Notes under the pieces: model-generated
Told to the model about the DNA's origin: nothing
Database searches by the model: none
What the model saw: only the letters and a program-made list of their open reading frames with translations
Made by a program: the position numbers and the translations under genes
Shown here: positions 13,053 through 26,315 of the stretch, in pieces
Numbering within the stretch: the first letter of the stretch is position 1
Layout: each line of letters begins with the position of its first letter
DNA from: Eledone cirrhosa
Lineage: Eukaryota
Direction of reading: 5' to 3'
Assembly (NCBI GenBank): GCA_964016885.1
Contig: OZ024743.1
Location: forward strand, 294,934,001-294,998,000
DNA length: 64,000 nucleotides

Positions 13053-13922
13053 CTCATAATCCAACACTCTTTTGTCGAGAACAGTTCATATAATTATATC
13101 CTCCTCTATCTTCTTGTGAAGATTAAGCAGAAACTGTTCGTCTCCAAAGTAAAATAAATTCCAGTTAGCGAGAGAAGATATTTTGGAGCTGGTAATAAAA
13201 ATACACAGCTAGTATTGGTAGTTAAATATATTATCAAAGATCTACTAACTATAAACAATGTATGGATGATTGTTTCTTATTATTGCTGTTTTGAATCAAT
13301 TTCTCTCTCTCATTCTCTCTCTCTCTATCTATCAATTTTTGTATTTTGTTATAAGGTGTATTACATATATTTTCCAGACTGTCATGGCTTACCGTCTCTA
13401 TTGGCACGTTTTAATTGAATAATTAAATATGTAGATAAATTTGCACGTATACAAATATATATCTTTTTATTCATAAAATTCACTGCATTTATACATAAAT
13501 AAATATACATTTGAATACTCATACACAACGCTGTATTTGTACCTGTATAAATATATACATTGCTTTACTCAAAACCTACAGTGTACTCGTTATACATAAA
13601 TATATATCTTTGTACGTATAGAACACATCGTATTTATATATAAGTTTGTCATCACAACCTATGCTAGATTTGTGCATATTTTAAGATATATAAACATCAG
13701 GTTGAGTTATAATACATTAGTGACATTTCAAATTTGGCATGTAGTCATGTCAACGTAAATGACATTCATAATAGGAGCTACTTCACTATCAGTGATAGCT
13801 GAAAATAGTGTATAAACTACACGAGGAGACGATACTCGCAGTACTTTTTCCTTCACCTGCTCTAATTTACCCGATTTTCTCAACAACTTTTGATAGTGAT
13901 TGATGTCGACCGACTATATTTC

Positions 13923-13959
<37 letters not shown>

Positions 13960-13960
<1 letters not shown>

Positions 13961-14760
13961 CCAATAATATCCACTTTCCGTGACTTACCATCTGATTAAT
14001 TGGTGAAATATATTTCTTTAATGAAATATATACAGGGAAGATTAATCATTAAAAGGTATATATTTTTGAAGTTCTAGTTAACTTTATTTATTTGTTACCT
14101 ACTAGCCATGCGTGGTTGTACGCTTGTAAAAATTATCTCCTGTGATTTATCATGTTTATATTTATTTATATATATGTTGATCAATTCCTAGTTATTATAA
14201 AATGCCCGTACCCACAAAGTCCTAGAGCTTATTTTCCGGGCGATATGGTGCATTCCGTTAAGGAATGACACCCACAATTTCGATTCTGATTGAATTCTTT
14301 TAATCTATCTTAATTTTGGATACAGATATATAAATAGTGCTCCTTAATTGTAGAGCTAACTCTGTTGAAGGGAATTGACTGCTATTTCTAGTTGTCGAAT
14401 ACCTATTCACGCCACTGAAACGAAGCCGCTGTGATGTGTAATATCAACACGTGGTAACGGCCAGTTTAAGATTTTGGCTCGAAGTGTAAATATGGATCGC
14501 TTGATATTATTCTTCCTTGTCGATAATCCAATAATATCCACTTTCCGTGACTTACCATTTGATTAATTGGTGTGTATATTTCTTTAATGAAATATATACA
14601 GGGAAGATTAATCATTAAAAGGTATATATTTTTGAAGTTCTAGTTAACTTTATTTATTTGTTACCTACTAGCCATGCGTGGTTACACGCTTGTAAAAATT
14701 ATCTCCTGTGATTTTTCATGTTTATATTTATTTATATATATATGCTGATCAATTCCTAGT

Positions 14761-14765
<5 letters not shown>
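13960..14765 (+). repeat. Two ~240-bp direct repeats (13960-14198, 14527-14765), period about 567 bp
   Basis: Near-identical copies; each has a decayed HHR-like CTGATTA..ATT/AAT-GAAA-TATATA; both outer ends abut (TA)n. Confidence 0.85.
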
Positions 14766-14796
<31 letters not shown>

Positions 14797-14943
14797 TTTG
14801 AGTATATGTTGGTTGTATACCAAAACCTCAGTAAGCAGATTGGAGCACTCGACGAAGTGCCCAGGTTGGTTTGGTTACTCCGGAGTAATGTAAAATAAAA
14901 TAAAATAAATAAGTCAAATGTTTAAAATTTGGCTGCGTTTATT

Positions 14944-15000
14944 ACTGCTATATATATATTTCGGTGACAGCCATCTTTGGCTGTGACCTCTTCAGGCAGT
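14944..15000 (-). ncRNA. Type I hammerhead ribozyme
   Basis: Reverse complement: ACTGC-CTGAAGA-GGT C ACAGCCA aaga TGGCTGT C ACC-GAAA-TATATATA-TA-GCAGT. Confidence 0.85.
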
Positions 15001-15567
15001 CCGAATTAGTGTGGTAGAGACGAGTACACATGTTGTTGAGGTGTTTAACTTTGTCAATACTCTGATATGCCCTGTTCCTGGTTGGGTTGTTGTTTCACTG
15101 AGGAACTGGAATCATATGAATTGAAACAAACGAATTTCAGCGTCAAAGGACATCTTCTCCTCTCATTGGTCAGTTGTGAGAACATTCCTCAGTCAAAAGT
15201 CTATAGAAATTCATTGAGGCAAGGCAATCTTTAGTGGTAGTTCTTGTTATTGTTAAGTACATCTGACCTCTACTCTTATATTGGTAGTGGTGTTGGTGTT
15301 AGAGTCAGCTCAAAAAAATGATAAAGTGGTAGAAGGAATAAGGTGATAAAGGAACAAAATAAAATAATCAAATAAAATGTGTGTGTGTTATACCAATCTC
15401 AATGTTATAAAAATGTGTATATGTATGTGTGTGTGTGTGTGTGTGTGTGTTTGTGTGAAATATAGTGGTGAACGGAAACAACAAAGTTGACAACACAGAT
15501 CAATGACGAAATATATTAGTTTAAAGCTAATATGGTAGGAAAAATGTCTTTCGGACATTAGCTTCTT

Positions 15568-15664
15568 CTCCTCCTCCTCCTCCTCCTCCTCCTCCTCCTC
15601 CTCCTCCGAAGAAGAAGAAGAAGAAGAAGAAGAAGAAGAAGAAGAAGAAGAAGAAGAAGAAGAA
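15568..15664. repeat. (CTC)n(GAA)n compound microsatellite
   Basis: Direct reading. Confidence 0.95.
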
Positions 15665-18600
15665 ATTGGTGGGGAGAAAAAGCACATTTCATTTTACAGT
15701 CTGGTATTTTAGGGATATATATATATATATGTATTACTAATAAACCACATATTCTATTGGTACGCATATAAATATATATATTTATATATAAACACATAGA
15801 TCAATAGTACAATTGCTACAAGTCTTCATCACGTAACCGAAAATTCATCAGTTTTACGTCTGAGATTATATAGATTGATAAATACTAGAACAAACAAAAA
15901 AGTGATTGAAATGTTGAAAGAAAAAATATATATCGTACAAAGACGTTCGGGACGAATACAAATTTGAAATGAACCTCTAGATAATTCTATATAATGTCTA
16001 TTGTTTTACTTTATTATTTACTTTTGTCATTGGAATAAATTGCACCTTTCTAAATAATACTCTTTAGGCTTTTATTGTTCAATTGTTTTTATAGTTTTTA
16101 TTAAAAAAGGAAAGAAATCGCATTATTCTAGCTAAGTATTATAGTTTCAATATTGATTTTTTGTCCTTCCTTTCTTTTTCTTTTCGTGTTGTTATGTCTT
16201 CTAAAGAATGCTGAAAGATGTTTTCCAATTTACTTGAATGTGATTTCGAAGAATAAAAGAGAAGTATGTTGATCACCGAGTCGTCTAAGTAAACTTTCTT
16301 TTCTTTTGTTTTAAACTTAGTTTTTAAAAAGTTATATATTCATTTAACTACATTTCATTAGGGAAATTTATATTTCTGGCTTAGTCGCAATGTCAATGTT
16401 TTTAAGTAATAGTCAATTTAATCGTTGATCGACTTGGTAAATTTAAAATTAAAATCTTTCTAGAGCATAGCTTGCAGTTTATATGGTTTTCAAGTGGCGA
16501 TATGTGATTGAATGTACGCAATTTCCCTGGTAGATTACTGAATCTTAATATATGGATAGCATAAACCATTAGAAATAATTCGTCACCCAGTTTAACAGCA
16601 AAACCTGGAATTTGCTTGCCTTTGGATAAAGTCTAATCTATAGGAAGCAGTCAACTCATTTTCAGGTTTGAGAAGACCTTGTTTTCCCTGTCACACGTCT
16701 CCCATTTATTCTTGGAAATAATAGCTCACACCTTTGCTTTTCCATACTTGAATAAAGGTTAATAATAAAAATAATATATTGATGAAACGAAATATATTTT
16801 ATATAATGGTCAATTAATTAGTTAATATTGAAATGAATTCTAGATTAAGTCAGCTCACATTTAAATGAAAATCGATTACAATTTTCCCCAGGATAAAACT
16901 CTAACAACGCAATTTATTTTTCTGTCATGTTGTCAGATATTTTCCAAATCAAGCAAACATCCCTCATCAACTAAATGCTAACATGTTCGGCAGCTAGCGC
17001 GCAGGAATCGTTGATAATGTAAGTTAGAGAACTAATTAATTGGGATTCAACCATTTCAACGCTGGCTGTCCTTTGCGGAAAATCAACATGACTTCGGAAC
17101 TAGTTGAAACAATTGAACAAATAACTGATATCTTCCTCTAAATTATATCTCTTTATATACAAAATGCAACCAAAAACCAGGTTTAAAATGCCGAAGACAA
17201 CGGTTAAAGCAGGTGTTACAAGTCTATTTATATAAACATAACAGTTAGAAATCAGACAAACAGTGAGTAGCCAAAGATTTACCACATGAGGAAAACCTTA
17301 TTTATGATATATATCATATTTAGACAACAAGAGAAACTGATAATAAACAGGTCATTTTTTCCACTCAACTGGCCCTCGAGGTACCTGAATAATTGAGTGC
17401 CTGTGAATCTGAATAAATATTCTCAGTTTGTCACTCTACTTCCTACCCCCCCCCCTCCTCTCTCTCTATACTATTCCGTTTACCCCTCAGCTTCCGATTC
17501 CTCTTCCTCTCTCTCTATACTAGTAAATACAATTCTAAATAAATGTTTTTCTCTATATATTAAGAACTATTTCAAGAGTAACTTACTCACTATTTTGAAA
17601 ATTTGGACGTGAACAACAATTATAATTGAGTGGCTGCTATTTGCAGTATAGCAATATAAGGTTGCACTTACCAATGAAACGATCGTAAATACCTGGATAA
17701 AATCCTTCTCTTAATGCTTACCTGTGTTTTCCCTTTTATACTATATATATATATATACATTTATTTATTTATTTATACGTGCATGTATATTTATATATAT
17801 ATATATATATGTACATATCTAAAACTCATCAGTTGATAGAAAATACTTAAATCCTTAAGACCCATAAAATTGAGAAGTAAGTAAATTTCAGTTACAGAGC
17901 AGGCACAGTTGATAAATGCCTTGTTTAAGAAATTAATATGATCCTTGTATAATATGTGTGTCTTGTTGCCAGAATAAGATTATCCCTGGTTATTTTAAAC
18001 GTTCTATCTGAATTATATTTCCCTGTATATTACCCATAATATTTTTACCCTTCCTTAAAAGCGAACACTTTCGGTTGTACATATAAACGCCCACTTAGAT
18101 CCATTTATAAGCCCAATTCACATTGTAGATTAAACTCCCGTGACTGACTATATTTATAGTGGAACAGAATGAAAACTTGTGTTTAACCATTCCAGCTACA
18201 GAAACCATTTGTTTTCGATGGTGTATCGGGTGGATAATCGTATAGGAATTTATCAATATTTTCTCTATGTGTTATATTCGAGATTCAGATTTTCCCTCCA
18301 TTATATTTCCATAGAATTAGTCTTGGAAAATAAATGCCTCATAAATCTGTTTTCCAATTATCATTATATTGGTTCTTACAAACCGAAAGGTTAACTTCTA
18401 AGTATCAACTCAAAAATAGTTGATGGACATGACAATCATCGTTTTTTAGACGTTTATAGCTATGATGGGATGAAAGTTTTCCAGACATAAATATATGCAT
18501 TGGTTCCTTATATACATTGTTACACAAATTTGGCAATATAAAAAGTTAGATGAATATGGTTCATTCCATTCAGTCTCAGTGAATGAATAGTTTATATATA

Positions 18601-19269
18601 TATATATATTTATTTATATATATGGTGATAGCCTGCGTTGCGACGAGCGGGAAGACACCAAATCAGAGTAGTACTCGATACATGGAATGATGGAGAATAG
18701 GTATATTAGTGAAATAGAGGATTGGTCGCAAGCCGGAACAAATAATGCAAGGAGTTTTGAAAATACCACAACTCCAACAGCTCTTGTCTGGTACATCATT
18801 TATTGAACCCGAAATAAAATGTTGAAAGGCAAAGTTGAATGTGGTATCTCAAATCAAAATGTTGATTCAAAACAAATACGACAAAGCTTGATTCTGATAA
18901 CCCTCACGATTCTACAAATTTGTTACTTATATATAAACTTTTTAGACAAATTATTCTTGAGAAGTCTCTTGATTGTATATAAATTGGATGCAATATTTTG
19001 CTTGGCACACAATTGTCAGTTCAGTTATACGTTGATATTTTTGTTATAAACAAAATAATATTTCTGTCCTCTTGTTCATCACACTCCAACATGAATATCC
19101 TAGGTTACTGATTAGGAATTAACTTGGGATTTTCTTTCTTTACTAACAAGCATCTGATCTCCAGTTTCTGGTACGGCGTCTTTCCCCCATTTCCCACTGT
19201 ATATATCTCTCTCTCTATATATATATATATATGAGCGGGGGTGTATGTGTGTATGAGTGTATATATGGA

Positions 19270-19470
19270 AGGCACTCTTTCGGTTACGACCTTGGGTGTT
19301 TCAGTTGATCCGATCAAGGGAACAGCCGGCTCGTTAAATTAACGTACAAGTGGAGTGGAGCAGCGTGAAATAAAATGTATTGTTCAAGAAACACAATGCA
19401 CGGCTGAGAATCGAGCTCAAGACCTTTCGATTGTGAGCCGAATACCCTATCCACAAAGCCAGGTGCCTTC
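19270..19470 (-). mobile_element. tRNA-derived SINE (second family)
   Basis: Minus-strand head TGGCTTTGTGGATAGG (A box) ... GAGCTCGATTCTC (B-box-like). Confidence 0.65.
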
Positions 19471-20239
19471 ACTATTAGTAGAATTTGTTTACCCAGGACA
19501 TAAACCGATGTTTCCCTACATGGACGATTTGAACTGCAGCTGAGAGAGAAGCTGCTAAACAGAAAATGGAGGGCCATTGGAAATTTTGTTGAGCGATATA
19601 GCATTTTGAGTATAAAGAATGTATTTCAACATGTGCTACCCGGAAAAATATTGAAAGGAAATATGCAAAGAAATTGTAAAAATAATAACAAGAGCCTAAA
19701 TGAGAATAACTGGGCCATATTCCTAAACATATAAACAACCCAGCATACAAGGAACTTTGTGGAATTTTCTATAGATGTAAGAAGGAACATTAACATTCAA
19801 ATAGTTATTCGGAGGAATTCACATTTAGGCGGATATAAATCACATAAGGGAAAACCAAGAACAACTTTGCCATTGAGTCTAAAATTAAGAAGTGACCTCT
19901 CAATAAGCTGAACAATGCCGTCAGCACCGAGAGATCAGACATAAATTTGACACTAGCGAAGGCCTTTAAGAACTCTGACGACACGCCGTAGAGAAGGAGG
20001 CGCGGACGGCAATGCCAGACAAAATATGGGTCCCGATCACATCGCAATATACATGCTCATATAAACAGACAACCACTTTAAGTTTTTGGATTGTATTTAT
20101 CGCCATATTGTTCTCGTAGTTTTGGATTATTGAAAACGAACGAGTAACAACATCAATCGTTGAACGAAAATATTATCTATAGTTTCTAATTCTTTCGTAG
20201 TAGTATTGTACGATTTTTAACCTCCCAATATCTCTTTTT

Positions 20240-20718
20240 AAGAAACGTTGTCATCAATACAGCATTGAGTATTTATCTTATGGATTTATCGTTTCTCCCT
20301 AGAGCAGTAAAGTAGCTATGTGTCTTAGGTGCAAACAAACTTTAAGCAACGAAGTTATGACGCCTTCACGTTTACAGTACCATTTATATTCTAAGCTTAC
20401 TGACCACAGGGAAAAGCTATTGTCGTATTTCTTATCACATAATATCTCATCTGAAAAGCGAAAAACGTTGTTCTCGAAATATCAGAAAGCAACTATGAAA
20501 AAGATAAGGGTTGATTGCATCGTACAACATTGCGTTACTTGTCACAAAGGCCAGTAAGTCTCACACTAAAGGAGAAACATTTCTTCGACCTGTTATTGAA
20601 GAATTTCTCTCGCCTATGGTGCATAATAAACCTGACACAATTATCAAGACAATTCGATGTAGTAATAAGTAATAACACAAATCCTCGACGAATAAATGAA
20701 ATGGCCACAGACTGTTAA
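20240..20718 (+). pseudogene. hAT (Buster/Charlie-type) transposase N-terminal fragment
   Basis: KRCHQYSIEYLSYGF..MCLRCKQTLSNEVMTPSRLQYHL (BED-finger-like region), ASYNIALLVTKASKSHTKGE, SNNTNPRRINEMA. Confidence 0.8.
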
Positions 20719-21455
20719 ACATCAACTGATCAATAATCCCTGGAGTAATGAATGTATGAATTTTAACTGGGACCGCACAAATCCCGAGAAGATATGGCCA
20801 ATTATCCTGTTAGAATCTGTAACAATTCCGTCAATTCATTGAATCGACTCGAGGATATGGTAAATGACAATTGTCTAAGATGCGACGCAGTGTGACCGAA
20901 TCCGGAACTTAATGATGGTGAAGTGAAGATCGTCTCCGTAAAGTCCATACACCGTAGTATGCACACTATACTTATGACTGGAAGATACACAAAATCATTA
21001 CTTTCCTTTTACGAATATTTAACTCATTTTAATCTACAGTAGTTAGAGAGGCAGATGTTAAATAATGCTTAGCTGTTGAGCGGCTGGAGACCTTCAGTAT
21101 TTAGAAGTTGCAGTTTCAAAATATACTCTTGCTAGTCTTGATCTTAATTAGTGTGTCAATAATTTATAGGAAAATATACAACATTTTCTATGCCATACGA
21201 ATTTAAAAAGAGGGATAAAAGTGCTTTATATAAACATTGTATAATTTATCTACTTTTACATTTATAGTAACGATCAATTATCTGATACTTTAAGCTGGAC
21301 GTCTACAATTTAAATCCTTTTTATAGGAGCAATATATTTCTATTATAATGTAGCTCACACAAACTAAACACGCGTATACATTGTATTCACACACATTTAC
21401 AGGTTTATATATCCTATACATATAAACTAAAATTTATTACATCTAATAATCTTTC

Positions 21456-21564
<109 letters not shown>

Positions 21565-21905
21565 ATGTGTGTATGTGTGTGCTTATGTTTCTGCCTCTCT
21601 CTCTTTCTCCCCCCCCCCTCCCCCTCTTTCTTATATATATATATATATTTGACGAAAATTTAGACAAGGATCATTTCTAAAAGCATTTGTCAGATTTTTG
21701 AACGTTTCGCTAGACTAAATGGAACGAATGGTCTATTCCTACAAGAATAGCTCATCAGAATTAGTCAAATAAAAATAATTTACATTACATATTTTAAAGA
21801 GTAGAATATTCATGCTCGGCAACTATAAATATTTTGCTAAATATGATATATCTTTAGCAGAAAATATACTCTATAATAGAGCTAGATTCATACTAATGGG
21901 AATTA

Positions 21906-22392
21906 GAGCTGTTCTGCTAGAGAACGTGAAGCAGGTGGCGGATAGCAACATGACGGCTAGTTGCGATGTACGCGGACAAGTGCCAGACGAATATGCAGCC
22001 CAGAACCAACAGCAGCAAACTACTAGGGGGGTGGAGCAAAGGATCACACCTGTAGCTCGTAAACTATCGCAACCCAGTGGCATAGCTACCACGTGGCGAG
22101 TAAATGCCGACTCTAAAAAAACCTAGTCTTTGCGGATCTGACAAAGTAACTTTTCCTGCTGCAAAACATAGCGATGGGCATAGACATCCGACAGGAGACC
22201 CAGGGGTATATCCAGAGCAACATGGTTGGATAACATCCATTGGCTTGGCTAGTCTCGCTTGGGGATCCATCCGGATCAATTTGAAACAGTTACTTCTGAC
22301 AGGACTCGCTGGAAGGAGTGTTTGAGGACTCTTCCCCCACAACCCTCAGAAATAAGTGGGGCGAAGAAGAAGAAGAAGAAGAAGAAGAAGAA
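21906..22392 (+). mobile_element. RTE-clade LINE 3' fragment with (GAA)n tail and 8-bp TSD
   Basis: RATWLDNIHWLG*SRLGIHPDQFETVTSDRTRWKECLRTLPPQP resembles RTE C-termini; GGGAATTA at both 21898-21905 and 22393-22400. Confidence 0.75.
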
Positions 22393-22461
22393 GGGAATTA
22401 TAAAGTGTATTAACACGTAGTAATTGAAGTTATAGAATATGATTAGAATGTACTATTCTGG

Positions 22462-22648
22462 CTTGGCAGTATCGGTAGAGCGATAGACACTATGCTTTGC
22501 AGCACAGAGTTATGGCCCTTTAGGTTCTGAGTTCAAATCCTGCCGAGGGTAACTTTGCCTTTCATACTTACGGTGTCGATAAAATAAAACACCAGTTTTG
22601 CACTGGAGTAATTGCTGGCCTTATGCCAAAAGTAGAAACATTTATTAG
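22462..22648 (+). mobile_element. tRNA-derived SINE with Nin/Deu-like core
   Basis: A box TGGCAGTATCGG, B box GAGTTCAAATCC, core TTTGCCTTTCAT..GTCGATAAAATAAA..CCAG, tail TTGCTGGCCTT..AAAGTAGAAAC. Confidence 0.85.
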
Positions 22649-22756
22649 AATATACTAAATAGACGTTTAAATTTATGGAATAATAAAATATTAGCTATAT
22701 ATATATATAACAATATTTGTTTCGACACACGATTTCATATCAAAAACCTCGCAAAA

Positions 22757-22793
<37 letters not shown>

Positions 22794-22900
22794 TATTTGG
22801 CAATATACCGTATGTTTAAAAACATGTATAAGACCATACGCTATCAGTTGTAAAGTAGTGACTATGTCACTTACATCTTTTCGGTGAAAGAACGGAGAGG

Positions 22901-22942
22901 AGCTGACCGTCTGTTTCACGCTGGTTGGCGTTCATCAGAGCC
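22901..22942 (-). ncRNA. Type I hammerhead ribozyme
   Basis: Reverse complement: GGCT-CTGATGA-ACGC caacca GCGT-GAAA-CAGACGG-TC-AGCT. Confidence 0.8.
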
Positions 22943-23216
22943 ACGTACTCCTCTGCTTTCGCCAAAAATTATAGAAGCAGGATTCTTATAGAATTCCATT
23001 AATAATCAGGAGCTGATTATACAGAGCGATTGCCGGTCCAGAAAAAATTAGGTATTAGGATTGGTGCTCTGAAAGAGCGATGTAAACATGAATGTATGTA
23101 TACTTTATTTGGCAATATACCGTATGTTTATTTAAAAACATGTAGAAGACCATACACTATCAATTTTAAAGTAGTCACTATGTCAATTACTTATTCTCGG
23201 CGAAAGAAGGGAGAGA

Positions 23217-23258
23217 AGCTGACAGTCTGTTTCACGCTGGTTGGCGTTCATCAGAGCC
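23217..23258 (-). ncRNA. Type I hammerhead ribozyme
   Basis: Reverse complement: GGCT-CTGATGA-ACGC caacca GCGT-GAAA-CAG A CTG-TC-AGCT; GUC cleavage triplet. Confidence 0.85.
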
Positions 23259-24204
23259 ACGTACTCCCCTGCTTTCGCCGAAAATTATAGAAGTTGGATT
23301 CTTATAGAATTACAGTAAAACTGATGGCGTATCGTCTTCTAAATGTTTTAATTAAACGTACGGTATACATCGCTATTTCAGAGCACCAATCCTAATATAT
23401 ACATATATAATTAAAATAAATGTTAAATAACTAAATAATTATAATAACTTAAACATATCAGTACAGAGGAGATAAACTATTTTAAGAATAAGGCTGCGAA
23501 TATAACATTTATATGATAAATAGTAAAGCAAAAGAAAACCATTTAGAACATTTGCGTTGCAAGTGTATGTACGTGTGTGTGAATTAAAATTTAGGTTTCA
23601 TTAATAACCAAAGAAGAGGAGGTACCAGATATGAATTTTGCAAAATAGTTACATATATGTATGGTAAAAATGTTATATGACATTAGTTATCTAATTGCTA
23701 ATAAAGGTACTTAAATGAAGGTGACTTTGCTATAATTAAAATGGTCAAAGATTTATAAAAGAAAAAAAGAAAATTATGTATATAGACAAGAAGGGATTAT
23801 TTCATTTTTCGAATTAAAAAAGTTAATGTATATCTCACCCAGAGAGTTTCTTATACTCTGGGTTTTAATAAATTTGCATAAGAAAGAAGAGTTTTATATT
23901 TTTGTTTTGTTTTGTTTTGTTTCATTCTAAAAGAATTTAGATTCTAATAAAAACGGATTCTAAAATTATTTTCAGTTGCTCCGATGTAATTGTAAGATTT
24001 ATTATGTGTAAAGTCTTCACACGTTTAAATTACCTTTGCCACTCTAGCATGGGTTAGACGAGTTATCCCGTTGTGAGACAAGCCAAGCAAATGAACATGT
24101 CTTGCACATACAGAACTGATTCTAGCTTGGATTCTATAGCTGAATGTCCTTCCTAACGCCAAAACATTTACAGTGTATACTATGTGGTTTTTGTCGTGAC
24201 ACGT

Positions 24205-24558
24205 AGTCTCGGGTCAAAAGTAATCGTAAACCCCGCCGCTTATTAATTTTTCAGATATTTTCCTCACACCCCAGCTCTTATCCAACCCCAACACTTATTA
24301 AATGTTGCTACTCTATCTCCAGCAAAATTTTATTTGACGTGTTAGCATTCCTGCAACAATTAATTTTCTTCATACATTAAAAAACATTATACTTGACAAA
24401 AAGAGGATTACGTTATAAAATAAATAGGTTGGCTTTGGGTTTCAATATGTAAACAGAACCACTAATTCTGGTTTTTAAAATAATCAACGAAGATACTCTA
24501 GAAAAATTAACGATCCCCTACCGCTAATTCCAACCCCCTTATTATTTGGGACACGAAA
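24205..24558. mobile_element. Possible degenerate MITE
   Basis: CTCGGGTCAAAAGTAAT at the left and ATTATTTGGGACACGA at the right form imperfect terminal inverted repeats. Confidence 0.35.
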
Positions 24559-25316
24559 AACACGACCGCTTTACAGTGTGAAGCGGTCACTTTTTGTTGT
24601 ATCAACAACACTACCACGTTCGAAAGTATATAATATTATTTATATGACACTTGCTGCTAAGTGAGCAAGAGTTAGGGCCACTACAATTACTCTTATATGT
24701 TGGAATATCTGTATTCTGAGGTCTATTTAATACATTATTGCAGTTAGATATTTCATTATTAATACTAGGCAGCCTAAGAGAGTTAACAGCATCATTAATT
24801 TGGTCATTATTATAAGTATCATCATTGTTATTAAATATATTATTTAAAACTATACGAGGGTATGTTTGTATGTTGTGATGTATGAGAATTTCTTGTTCAG
24901 ATGTATATTAGTTTATTTCTCTATGGTTACTAAAGGCCAAAACATCTGCTAGGGTTAGTGTGATTTCAAGCGATGGTTTAAGTATTTATTAAACTATAAA
25001 CCTTATGGTACACTCTCACACACACACAGAGCCATATATATATACATATATATGTGTGTGTGTGAGAGAGAGAGAGTGTGTGTGTTTATGTGTGTATGTG
25101 TGTGTGTATGTGTGTGCGCGTGTTTGTGTTTGTGTGTGTTTTGCTCCTGTCAGTCTACTAACCCTCAGCGAATACTCTAAACTGAACGTCAACCTGTACC
25201 CAGACTCAGCATACGCAACTAGACATTAATAGCCACCCGATGGGGAAGACAGTCATCAGCTTTCAAATATATTCATGTATATAAATATGTATACAGAACG
25301 TACATATATACATAAT

Positions 25317-26000
<684 letters not shown>

Positions 26001-26014
26001 TTTAAGAATATGTG

Positions 26015-26315
26015 ATGACCCTCTGTCGAATCCAACGTAAATGTGTGTTCCTGTTGATATGAACAACGGAACAGAGTTTTCGTGAAATTAATGTAGAAAT
26101 AGCTGAGCATTCCAAAGCCACGTTCACCCATGGTTCAGATCTCAGGGAGATTCCCTGTCACACGCTGCATGAAAAAGCTGTCCTTCGGATGTTTGCCAGC
26201 TGAGTGGAAGGGATCAACCCCAAAAATCTTTTTTTGCTCTAGAAGACAACATCAGAAATCGAAGTGATAGCCTAGTTGTCATCAGCTTAGCACCCTAGCC
26301 ACTAAGCTACGTTCC
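26015..26315 (-). mobile_element. Degenerate tRNA-derived SINE (second family)
   Basis: Minus-strand head TAGCTTAGTGGCTAGGGTG; body similar to 955-1205 and 19270-19470. Confidence 0.5.

Larger units (their letters stand above)
22795..23398 (-). mobile_element. Tandem ~200-bp HHR-bearing repeats plus a 32-bp inverted segment (pLTR- or retrozyme-like)
   Basis: 22795-22995 repeats at 23108-23310; 23054-23085 is inverted at 23366-23397; left end abuts (TA)n. Confidence 0.75.

Noticed and set aside
15096-15140. CTGAGGA..GAAA hammerhead-like string
   Set aside because: No convincing stems I, II or III.
17672-17692. Possible 21-nt minus-strand microexon (TTTTATCCAG..GTAAGT)
   Set aside because: Splice-like motifs arise by chance in AT-rich DNA; there is no supporting coding neighbour, and the next upstream donor is only 29 nt away.
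19971-20025. CTGACGA followed by a CGCC/GGCG stem
   Set aside because: GAAA and the cleavage triplet are missing; too decayed to call.
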